Part shown: one piece after another, positions 23,970 to 34,016 of the stretch
How positions within the stretch are numbered: position 1 is the stretch's first letter
How the letters are laid out: each line of letters opens with the position of its first letter
Assembly: GCF_024521635.1 (NCBI RefSeq)
Contig: NW_026250413.1
Location: 1,054,001-1,118,000 of the forward strand
Origin: Tricharina praecox
Lineage: Eukaryota
Reading direction: 5' to 3'
DNA: 64,000 nt
The notes under the pieces: generated by a model
The model's database searches: none
What the model was told of the DNA's origin: nothing
Seen by the model: only the letters and a program-made list of their open reading frames with translations
Made by a program: the position numbers and the translations under genes

Positions 23970-25002
23970 GGCGGTCGAAAGTGAGCAAATGGCCACCTAT
24001 TTTTTGCATTTAAAATTAATGCAACCCCCCCCCCCCCCCCCGACAAAAAAATAGAGAGCAAAAGAGAGAAAATTAAAAGACCGAAAAAGAGAGCGGCGAC
24101 GAGCAAAAAATCAAGCGAAATTTGCGAGAGGATATATAGGTCAGAGCGAGGAGAGGAGTTTGGTGGGGGTGGAGATGGGTTAGGGTTGAGATGCAACAAA
24201 ATCTAGGCCTCATGCGGTACAGAGGCCGATTAGGAATTCCTGGCGGAGAAGGGGTGAGTCAACAGAGCGGACGAGTTCTGGGAGCTGGCAGCGAGCCGGT
24301 GGAGCGGCCGCAACATGCCCAGTAGAATAAGCGGGCAGCGAGACGACAAGGCGGGTGTTGTCTCCTCCTAGTGATCGGGCTAGCCCTCCGAGAATCAGGC
24401 TACCGGTTGATATCATTATATATCACTCGGAATCCCGTGTATTGATACCAACTACTCCTGGGCTCCTTCCGGCTGAGATGGAGGTTAAAATTGAATGCTC
24501 AATGCAATAAACACACGAAAGCACTCGAGATCAGCATAGGTTGAAACATATCCAGAGTTTGTTGAAACCAAAATCCAATGTTCATCGGTTATTAAGATTA
24601 AGGAAACAAAGATGTTTAAACTCTTAAAGCACATATCCAACCAGACTTGCCTGCGCCAGCAGTTCTGCATATAGTTCGAACTTGGTATGCAATCACTCCC
24701 ACTTTCTGTCCGCCTTCTTGCCTTGAGCTTGCTGCTCTGGAGCGGAACGTATCCAGACAAAGGGCTTCAGCGGCATAGTGGCGAAGGTAGCGGTGGAGGT
24801 AGTGGTGGTGATGGCACTGTTTTATCTACCGCATGAGGCCTAGATTTTGTTGCATCTCAACCCTAACCCATCTCCACCCCCACCAAACTCCTCTCCTCGC
24901 TCTGACCTATATCCTCTCGCAAATTTCGCTTGAGTTTTTGCTTGTCGCCGCTCTCTTTTTCGGTCTTTTAATTTTCTCTCTTTTGCTCTCTATTTTTTTG
25001 TC

Positions 25003-25033
<31 letters not shown>

Positions 25034-25086
25034 GCATTAATTTTAAATGCAAAAAATAGGTGGCCATTTGCTCACTTTCGACCGCC
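23970..25086. mobile_element. Non-autonomous Mutator-like element with ~250 bp TIRs
   Basis: TIRs 23970-24219 and 24827-25086 are near-identical inverted copies. The flanking direct repeat GTACCTACTAC is at 23959-23969 and 25087-25097 (9 bp TACCTACTA if the TIR is extended by 1 nt). The ~600 bp interior has no intact transposase. Confidence 0.9.
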
Positions 25087-25692
25087 GTACCTACTACCTA
25101 GACGTCGTGAAACCGGCATTCAAAAGAATGCTGCACGTAGTTTCGCTACCTAGTATTATGATAGCTATCGCACTACGGAGGATAACTGATAATTGATTAC
25201 GTATTGAAGGCATCGGGAAAATTAAAAGAATGTTAAATACGATGAATGGCGGTACTGGCATCGCGCATCCGGCCTGCAAATGCAGCATTTAGATAGGCTC
25301 CCGTAGACATACGATTAAGCATTTATCACCAGCAATTCAGACAAATGTGCATTGTAAAACCGGTACAGAGTGTTACAATTACGGTAGCGCGACAGGATTT
25401 CGAGCATGACGCATTCATATGAATCTGCATTACATTGGGTACTAAATTCTATCACGGTACTGAAGCAACATGGAAATTGCACAATTGAAGTTGCACTCTG
25501 GTCCCGAACAGCCCATACTTTTTACTACTACACCCGTTAACCCCCCCGTTTCCCCGCCACTGTCCAACCCAACTTTCATCAGGCGGCCCGATGTGGTTTT
25601 CCCTGCCCCCGCCGTGGCCTGTCCCAGCGATGTATGAGCGCACTAAAGAAACGAGCAGTTGTCCGGGACTCGGGGGAATGTGGATCTCGTGA

Positions 25693-25723
25693 AGTTTGTT
25701 TGTTTGTTTGTTTGTTTGTTTGT
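25693..25723 (+). repeat. (GTTT)n microsatellite
   Basis: Visible GTTT tandem run. Confidence 0.9.
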
Positions 25724-26222
25724 CCGGGAATCAGGAGGTAGTTTTGGATGTGTCACAACCACTGGAGCAACGGTTATGTACATACTAGAATACAAAGTGT
25801 AGCTGCCCCAGTGCAGGCCCAAAGACCTAACTGACCTGACTCGGCTGACCTGACTAGCCGATGGAGATAGAAACATCGTGACATGCATGCACTGCATGCA
25901 AGCTGTCAATTCAGTATTCCTTCTCCTCTGCCTGCCCGCAATGAATTTGCATAATACCACCGGTTTAGAACTAAAACTAGAACTAGGTACACATTTGTCC
26001 GATGCCCGCCGTGTAAGTATAATGACCCCATAGCTCTCACGATGCTACTTCCCCAACCAAAGTACTTATTCTTCACTTCTCTTTTCATCTCGTCTCTTCC
26101 TAGACTAATTCTGGACCTTGGTCGACTATCAGGCACAGGAATGAGTATGTTACATGTATATAATTGGCATCCTTTGCTTAGCCAAGGACATAGCCGTAGG
26201 CTTATCGGACGAAACGGGCTTC

Positions 26223-27585
26223 TCAGGACCGAATGCGGCGCTGTGGGGAACGTGAGCCCTCTCGCCGGGAGCGGCTGGTTGGTCCGCCACGCTGCCTTCC
26301 AGCGGGTGGGCCTCGGCTCTCCCTTCGTCCTCGCTCGCGGGATGCTAGGCCCCTTATGCGGTAGCCTTCGGGGGAGCGCGGACGCTCAGAGGAACGCCGA
26401 TGCTCCGGGGGATAGGGATACCGCGGGGGGAGAGTACGGAAGGTATAGTCGGGCGTGTAGCTGTCGGCGTGACTTCCCGCCCACTGACGGTCGTGGCCGT
26501 GGCTATCCCAGCCGAGTCCTGGTGGGGTTGGATCATGACGAAGTACCGTTCCGCCGTTGTTGCGGGTGTAGGGTGGACGCGAAGAGTCGGCTCTCGACTG
26601 CGGAACGGGGGAAGGCCGGGATTGGAGGGAGAGAGTCGTAAATGCGAGTGACGACGGGCCGGAAGATCTGCCTGGGCTGTGGCGTCTCCTGTACTGCGGA
26701 TTCGCTGGTCCGCGGATAGGTGACGGGGAGCGGGAACGGTAGCGGTAGCGGTGAATGGATCTTTCTTCCGGAGAGGGAGATCTTGAGCGGCGGGGATAGG
26801 TATGTATTTGCTGCTGGCGTCCATTGCGCTGAAGATGGTTGTCGTCACGCTGAAGCCGAGTGAAGTCATGCAGCTGCGTACGAGAGTGGTTGGGGAAGTC
26901 TTCATACACTTGGGGAAGCTAGTCAGCGATTCCGAAGAGAGAGATCTTGAGCGGCGGGGCTCGGTACGTATTTGCTGCTGGCGTCCATTGCGCTGAAGAT
27001 GGTTGTCGTCACGCCGAAGACGGCCGAAGTCTTCGGCGGGAGACCTGGATTGGAGGTCGCGAGTCGTAAATGCGAGTGACGACGGGCCGAACGATCTTCC
27101 TGGGCTGTGGCGTCTCCTGTACCGCGGAGACACTGGTCCGCGGATAGGTGACTGGGAGCGGGAAAGGTAGCGGTCGCGGAGAATGGATCTTGCTTCCGGA
27201 GAGGGGGATCTTGAGCGGCGGTGCTCGGTATGTATTTGCTGCCGGATTCTGTCACGCTGAAGATGACCGAAGTCTTCCAGTTGCGGACGAGCGTAGGTGA
27301 CGAAGCCTTGATTCACTTAGGGAAGCTCGTTAGCGATTCCGAAGAGAGAGATCTTGAGCGGCGGGACGCGGTACGTATTTGCTGCTGGCGTCTGTCACGC
27401 TGAAGCCGGTTGTAGTCACGCCGAAAACGGCCAAAGTCTTCTAGCTGCGTATGAGCGTTATTGATGAAGTCTTGTTCCCGTTGGGGAGGTTAGCTAGTGA
27501 TCTGGTGGAGCTGCGTGGGGGCATGCCGCTGCTCACGTTCGCCGCGATAGGGGCGGGGATATCTTCTGCCATTTGCCCCGTTCAT
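26223..27585 (-). CDS. Arg/Ser-rich internally repeated protein (~392 aa), unknown function
   Basis: join(27585..27537,27470..27375,27315..26968,26908..26223). Three phase-1 introns of 66/59/59 nt with GCTAAC/GCTGAC branch sites keep one frame open. Repeats include QLEDFG.LQRD...QQQI and RSRSPSP...YRRRHSPGRS. Confidence 0.6.
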
Positions 27586-28434
27586 TCGAGCGAAAGGAGG
27601 AGCGAAGGACGCGGAAGTGACGACGATTGGGTAGCAGCTATGAGGGAGACCCGAGACGTCAGGGAGAGACGAGGAGGCAAGAATGGGAGTGTCAAGAGGA
27701 GAACCTCTGAAGATGGTACGTAGCGGTGTTGCTACCAACTGTTAGGCACAGGAATGAAGATTAATGAGAAGGTGATGGTCTATTCTGACGTAATTCCGAA
27801 AGGAAGACGGTGAAAATGAGGGGTGATGAAGCAGTTGAGGTTGTATTCAACTTCGAAGAGCCATCTAATATGGCTCCTCCCTGCTGGCTACAACGTTGGT
27901 GCCACTCAATCCGGCTAGTCCGGCAGACACATCACTCTGATCGACCGGATCCGATAAATCTCTCCTCCTCCCCGGGTGGCGGACAACATATTCGCAGCGT
28001 CGACTCCAGGCTATAAAGTACCTGCCTGGCGCGCTTCTTGTTGAAAACATCGATGCAGAAAGTAAGAATATATTCGAACAATTATGATGTAAGAGATAGA
28101 GAGTTAGCTTGGTACGAAAAGAGAGTACTCTTATAGATGCCAAGATACATAACGCCTAGCTACAGTGTTTTTACAGTAAAACATGACAGTGAAACAAATA
28201 CGGATAATCAGTGAAACGAGCGAGTGAGGAACAGTAGACAACCCACGTGATAATCACCACTTCTTATTTATTGTCACGTGTTTGTATCATTCATAGCTTC
28301 GTTTAGACGTGCGAGCCATCGAGACTCTCCGGTGGCTTCCGAACAAGCGGTATATTCTGCCTCAGTCGTACATAGTGCGATATGCTTCTGTTTCTTTGAC
28401 TCCCATGAGACTAGTCCGTCCCATGCTCGGAAGG

Positions 28435-28501
28435 TTTTTTTGGTTTTTGTTTAATCATTGATTGCATGCGACCTATCTAGATCATGGCAATATCACCCCT
28501 T
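28435..28501 (-). mobile_element. 67 bp 5'-truncated non-LTR (LINE/SINE-like) insertion with A-rich tail and 16 bp TSD
   Basis: TCCCATGCTCGGAAGG at 28419-28434 and 28502-28517 flanks the insert (minus strand AAGGGGTGATATTGCCATGATCTAGATAGGTCGCATGCAATCAATGATTAAACAAAAACCAAAAAAA). Related copies at ~7384-7434, ~22120-22174 and ~39739-39794. Confidence 0.8.
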
Positions 28502-28518
28502 TCCCATGCTCGGAAGGC

Positions 28519-28586
28519 ATACCGTATCTACTCGATCATTGTAACCGGCGCGCTAAGAGGTTAGAATGATCGAGTAGATACGGTAT
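28519..28586. other. Near-perfect inverted repeat / hairpin
   Basis: ATACCGTATCTACTCGATCATT (28519-28540) pairs perfectly with 28565-28586. A further 5 bp stem follows one mismatch; the loop is 12 nt. Confidence 0.9.
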
Positions 28587-29980
28587 CCGCCTTGAGACTT
28601 TAGTGAAACAAACGAGTGATACCCATGAAGGATCAATGAAGTCAGAACATGAGAAATGAGCAATCCACAAGTCGGCCATGAGAAGAAACTAACAGGTGAC
28701 AGACAGTGAAACAAACGTGGGACAAGGAAACCAGCAAACGAGTGATATCGGTGAAGGATGAATCAGACAAACATGAGACAATCAACACTTCTTATTTAAT
28801 CTAGCCCGAGTGATCGGAATCACTCTGTGATCTTCCGGCATTGCTCCACCCTTCGCTATTGGCGTCGGGAAAGTGCACTGCACAGAGTAAATCCGTGCGG
28901 CCTTCCTGCTTGGCTAGGGTTATGGCATGTAGTCTTACAGCGACCGAAATATTTGGGATCTGTGTAAGAACTGGATGTTGCGTGCCACATAAAACCACAG
29001 CGACTATGGTGATCCTGAGTAAAACGATTACGAATATGGGGTTTGTAGTAAGCTCCGGAATTCTGTAAGCACTCTCTCCAGTGGATTCGGGTAGGGCCGT
29101 CAGGCCTCAAAATAGGGCGTCCATTTCATTGTTGGAATATTCCCCAACAAGACGGTATTGGCGGAATAGGGATAGGACGGGCAAGAGGTTTCGGGGTCTG
29201 CCGGAGTACGGCCCTGGAGTCAGATGGTTGGGAGGAATATGTACGCGTACACTCTGAGTGCGGCACCACTTTCGATATGCACCACGGGGTGATTTGAGAA
29301 AGACCGACCTCCCCTTGCTCTGCATCATGGCCGATTCGTGAGATAGATGGCTAGGTATTGCACCATTAGTCATACTCTAATGAAGATGGAAAGACCACGG
29401 GTGACCTCACCGAATCTCTATCTCTGGCGTGCCGCTAATAGCACCCTTGGTGTTTTCGATGCAGGCAGCCGTTGTCCGCTTGGTGCGGAGGATATGTCAG
29501 TGTCGCGGATGTAGGCAGCCAGGACACGAGAACAGGGAGTTGATTCGTTGAGGCTTGCGGAGAATGTAGATCTGTCGCTCCACAGGGTGCGCTGAGGGAT
29601 TGGGTTCCAGCGGATTTCAGTCGACCGTTCAGTAGAAGCTCGCAAAGACTGGCTAACAGGAAATTGGAAGGTTTCAGGTTCATAGCCAGCAGCAAAGTTG
29701 AATGCTGTAGGCAGGGGTGGCTTTTATTCGACAAAGTCGAAGATGTAGAATAGTTCCAGGCGTAGGCTGAGATCGCGAAGGATGCAAATCCTTGCGAAAG
29801 AATATGCCGCCGAGGGCTGAGATGACAGGTTATTGTGGGATAGACAGAGAGAGCAATGGTTGCGTTTGTCATGTGGTCGTTGTTGGAAGGACTCGTGGAG
29901 GTGATCACTAGAGCGATTGAGATGGAGAGAAGTAAAGTGATATGTTCGTGTCTAGGAGCTATAGGTACAAGAGGGAGATT

Positions 29981-29991
29981 TATATATATAC

Positions 29992-30040
<49 letters not shown>
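29981..30040 (+). repeat. Compound (TA)n(GA)n microsatellite
   Basis: Visible directly. Confidence 0.95.
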
Positions 30041-30042
<2 letters not shown>

Positions 30043-30527
30043 AAATGTGGACCCGCTACCGCACCGAATATTCCAAGCACCGGATTGCGTTTGACGTGTG
30101 GCCGTGTGAATGGAATCATGGAACTCCATGGAATGTCGCCATACCATAGTGCACTACCTCCGATTGCTAGTAAGTACTGTATAGGAGGGGTTTGCCTGCT
30201 AATCCGCGATTGAGAGTCGCCTGCAATTCACGCTCACCGGTCTCCACCAGCGCTTACTGAAATTACACACTTGGCTTGGAACTTTCGACTTCAAGCCTTT
30301 GGAAGTTTGAAGTAACAGAGGCAACTCGCAGCAGAGTCATTCCTTCACGGACCCGTAAGCTTCAGAGTGAATGCACGGCGTAATGAGAATCAATGGGAAA
30401 GGAATAAAAGATCTTTCCTGTCTTGATTGAGGTCGTAACCGAGTGAGAGCATGAGATGTCTATGTTGAGCCTAGCTCGCACTAACCAACCACCTAGCTCA
30501 TCACGGGACTCAATGGAACGCTACTAT

Positions 30528-30554
30528 ACGCGTTGTCCCGCGAACAAAATCGCG
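30528..30554 (+). promoter_or_regulatory. MCB-like element (ACGCGT) with adjacent CGCG cores upstream of thymidylate synthase
   Basis: ACGCGT at 30528-30533, CGCG at 30539 and 30551, within ~90 bp of the ATG. MBF/MCB control of thymidylate synthase is established in yeast. Confidence 0.55.
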
Positions 30555-30615
30555 ATCGTCCTCCTCTCCAGCACAAAGTCACCAAATTCTCTTCTCACCA
30601 CCCGACTCCACAATC

Positions 30616-31632
30616 ATGGCATCGCAACAATCCGAAGAAGCCAGTTCTGAGCAGTCGGTAGCTCCACCATCCATCCCCGCCTCTCTCTCCCCGTCAAAAC
30701 GACACGAGGAATACCAGTACCTCGACCTGATCCGCCGGATTCTCGCCGAGGGCGAGACGCGTCCAGACCGGTATTTCCCCTCCCTAACCCGCTCTCCACT
30801 CCCACTGACCTCCGCAAGAACCGGTACAGGCACCATCGCGCTCTTCGCGCCGCCCTCCCTCCGCTTTAGCCTTGAAAACAACATCCTCCCGCTCCTAACC
30901 ACGAAGCGCGTCTTCCTCCGCGCCGTTGTCGCCGAACTCCTCTGGTTCATCTCCGGCTCGACCTCCTCCATCCCGCTCTCCACCGCCGGAATCAAGATCT
31001 GGGACGGCAACGGCTCGCGGGCCAACCTCGACGCGCTCGGCTTCTCCTCGCGGGCCACGGGCGATCTCGGGCCCGTCTACGGCTTCCAATGGCGGCACTT
31101 CGGGGCCGCCTACCGCGGGTGCGACGCAGACTACACGGGGGAGGGCGTAGACCAGCTTAGCGAGGTTTTGCGGTGCCTGCAGCACGACCCGTACAACCGG
31201 CGCATCGTCCTTTCCGCCTGGAATCCCGCCGCGCTCAAGGAAATGGTCCTGCCGCCGTGCCACATGTTTGCGCAGTTCTATGTGTCGACCGATAGAAAGC
31301 TCAGCTGCTGTCTCTACCAGCGCTCGTGCGATATGGGGCTCGGCGTGCCGTTCAATATCGCGAGCTACGCGCTGCTGACACATATTCTTGCTCATGCGGC
31401 GGGGCTGAGGGCCGGCGAGTTTATCCATTGCATGGGTGATGCGCATGTCTATCGTGATCATGTCGAGGCGCTCAAGGTGCAGTTGGAGAGGGAGCCGAGG
31501 GAGTGGCCAACCGTGAGGTTTGGTACCCCCGGTGGCGGTGGGCTGAAGGAGGTCGAGGATATGAAAGTCGAGGATGTGGTTGTCGAGGGGTATAAGCCCC
31601 ATGCCGGGATCAAGATGGAGATGAGCGTTTAG
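30616..31632 (+). CDS. CDC21: Thymidylate synthase
   Basis: join(30616..30770,30819..31632); removing the 48 nt in-frame intron restores PDRTGTGT. Motifs PLLTTKRVF, ELLWFI, GDLGPVYGFQWRHFGA, LPPCH, YQRSCDMGLGVPFNIASY, GDAHVY. Confidence 0.97.
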   Translation: MASQQSEEASSEQSVAPPSIPASLSPSKRHEEYQYLDLIRRILAEGETRPDRYFPSLTRSPLPLTSARTGTGTIALFAPPSLRFSLENNILPLLTTKRVFLRAVVAELLWFISGSTSSIPLSTAGIKIWDGNGSRANLDALGFSSRATGDLGPVYGFQWRHFGAAYRGCDADYTGEGVDQLSEVLRCLQHDPYNRRIVLSAWNPAALKEMVLPPCHMFAQFYVSTDRKLSCCLYQRSCDMGLGVPFNIASYALLTHILAHAAGLRAGEFIHCMGDAHVYRDHVEALKVQLEREPREWPTVRFGTPGGGGLKEVEDMKVEDVVVEGYKPHAGIKMEMSV

Positions 31633-32078
31633 ATATCTTGTTGGACTGCTGAATTGAACGGTTGATCATACTGTAGAACACCCAACCCTCTTCACAGCTG
31701 GGCTGCTGGGTTTTGGCTGCGGAGATGGTTGCTTGTTTTGGATGGTGGAGTGAGCAGGGAAAGTGAGGAGACCGCGACTTACACACGAACGAGCATCTCA
31801 AGATCGGCTTTCGGGAGGAGGGGAGACCATACGAATATTGACGAGACTTTCTCCCACGGAAATTAGCGCCGGAGACGAAGTCTTAAATACAGCCGTTCCA
31901 TCATACATACATCCATCGTGACGTTTTAAACTTCAACCCAAATTCTACCTCTCCCAATGCAAACCCAAAATCAGATAAAAAAACCGGCGCCAGAACCCAA
32001 AAATACAAATTCCCCCAATGCAAGCCCACAGTAAAAACACCATCCCAAAAGAAACCTCCCCCCCTTTCATCTCCCTCT

Positions 32079-34016
32079 TCATCGCTCCTCCTTATCCCCA
32101 TTCGGCTTCGCCGCGCCGACCTTCCCAATATTCCGCAGCCCAGCGATGACCGCCACCAGCGCGATCAGCGCCATACCCGTATTCAACCACTGGGCCGTCC
32201 TGAGTGCCGCAAGGATGGCCCACTTATCGTCGTGATGATCATCAAAGCGCTGCATGCCGGGGACGAGGTCTCCCAGGCGATTCCCGCCGTTCTTCTTTAT
32301 GCCGACGTCGACGGCGGTAGCGAGGGCGAGACCCACCGCCCGTCCGATCTGTCCCACCGTGTTGAAGATCCCGCCCGCGAGCGCTTGGTCCTTCATCGGC
32401 ATGCTGCCTGTGGTGTACAACGATAGGCATGGGTATACCGTGTCTGCGCCCACGACCGCGAGGATCATTGCTGGGAACCCCCATGCCCAGTAGGTCGTCT
32501 CGGGCGGGATCGGCGCCGCCATCAGCATGCACGATATCGCCGTGCAGATCACCCCGACGATTAGAATGTGTTGGCCCGATACCCGGCTGAGCAGGTAGCC
32601 CGACACGATGGTGATCAGGGCGCCTGCGACGCCCGTGGGCAGGAAGCGGAGCGTCGTTGCGATGGGCGAGAGGCCGAGGAAGTCTTGGTAGCTAACGGGG
32701 GGATTAGTATCCTGCTGCGGTCGTGATTTGGGGGAAGGGGGAGGGGGCTTACAAGAAGGTAGCGTAGACCATGTAGTTGTTGAAGGCCGCCCAGAAGAAG
32801 CCGGTAACCACCATGCTGACGGTGAACCCCCTGTTGCTCCAAATACTCATCCGCATCAACGGCTCGAGCTTGGTTTTGTTTTCCAGCCACCATTCCCATG
32901 CCACAAACGTCATGAACAGGATCACGAATACCAGCAGCAAGCTGGGGATGTACGGCTTGGTCCACCCGTCGTCGCCGGTGTTGCCCTGTGAGAGCGTGAA
33001 GATCAGGAGGACGAGACTGAGCGTGATCAGGAACGCGCCGAAGTAGTCGAGCATGGGTCGCTCCACCGGAGTGACCGAGTGGCTCTTCTTCGGAACCGGG
33101 ATGACGAAGTAGGCGGCAGCGGTCACCACCGCGGACACGATGGCGACAAGGTAGAAGATCCATTGCCACGAGGCATACTCCGTCAATATACCACCCTTCG
33201 AGGAGTCAGTGCGGTTCGGAGACACAACGGGGGAGGAATCAGCAACGTACCACCAACGTCCCACACACAGCACCCAACGGCGCGCCGGCCGAATATATGG
33301 CGAAAGCGTAACTCTTCACCTTTCCGGGTGGAATACTAGTCCCCAGGATGCCCATGGCTGCAGGAACATTCGCCGCGGCGCCCAATCCCGACAACGCTCG
33401 CAGAATATCAAACACAATTTCCGACGGGGCGAAAGCGGTGGCCAGCGTGGTCACGGCCACCCAGACACCGCCGATAAGGAAGACCAGGCGCTTTCCGTAG
33501 ATGTCTCCGATCTTCCCCCATAGCAGCAGGAAACAGCCGAAGGTCAACGCGTACGACGTGATGATCCATTGCTGCCGACTCTTGGGCATGTCGAACGCTT
33601 CTCCGATCGATGGCATCGCAATCACCATCGCTTGTACCGACAGTGTCTGTATGATGCTTAGCATTCGTCCGGCTTAACACAAGCGAGCATACACAGGGCA
33701 CACATACATTCAAAAACGCCGCCGCCATGAGAGTACACGACAGCCCAGCAGCCCTGGCCATCGCCATCTCGGGGATCTGACTCATCTCCGTGGCCTGATC
33801 GTTGAGATTTGTCGTGCTCAGGTTCGATAATGGGGTATCATTGTGGCTCCTCAACTTCTCGCTGGCTCGCTCGAGGTCATCGCGGCCCAAGCCCTTGGGA
33901 GGCTTGTAGGCCCGAGGTGGAAACCGTGGTGTTGATGTTCCGCTAGTCGGACTGATCGGTGTTGTTGCACCACTGTCCGAGAAGTCCATCCATGATTCTA
34001 TGCGTGGGTCCGGCAT
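32079..34016 (-). CDS. MFS drug:H+ antiporter (DHA2, ATR1-like)
   Basis: Four exons (introns 33707-33647, 33250-33196, 32752-32692). Motifs QWIITSYALTFGCFLLLWGKIGDIYGKR, RALSGLGAA, GAPLG, WQWIFY, LDYFGAFL, DQALAGGIFNTVGQIG. Confidence 0.92.

Noticed and set aside
24175-24190. GGGTTAGGGTT telomere-like motif
   Set aside because: Only about 1.5 units, and it lies inside the MULE TIR; not an interstitial telomere array.
28800-29910. Minus-strand ORFs of 75-157 aa, possible decayed gene
   Set aside because: Multiple stops in all frames and no recognisable motif.
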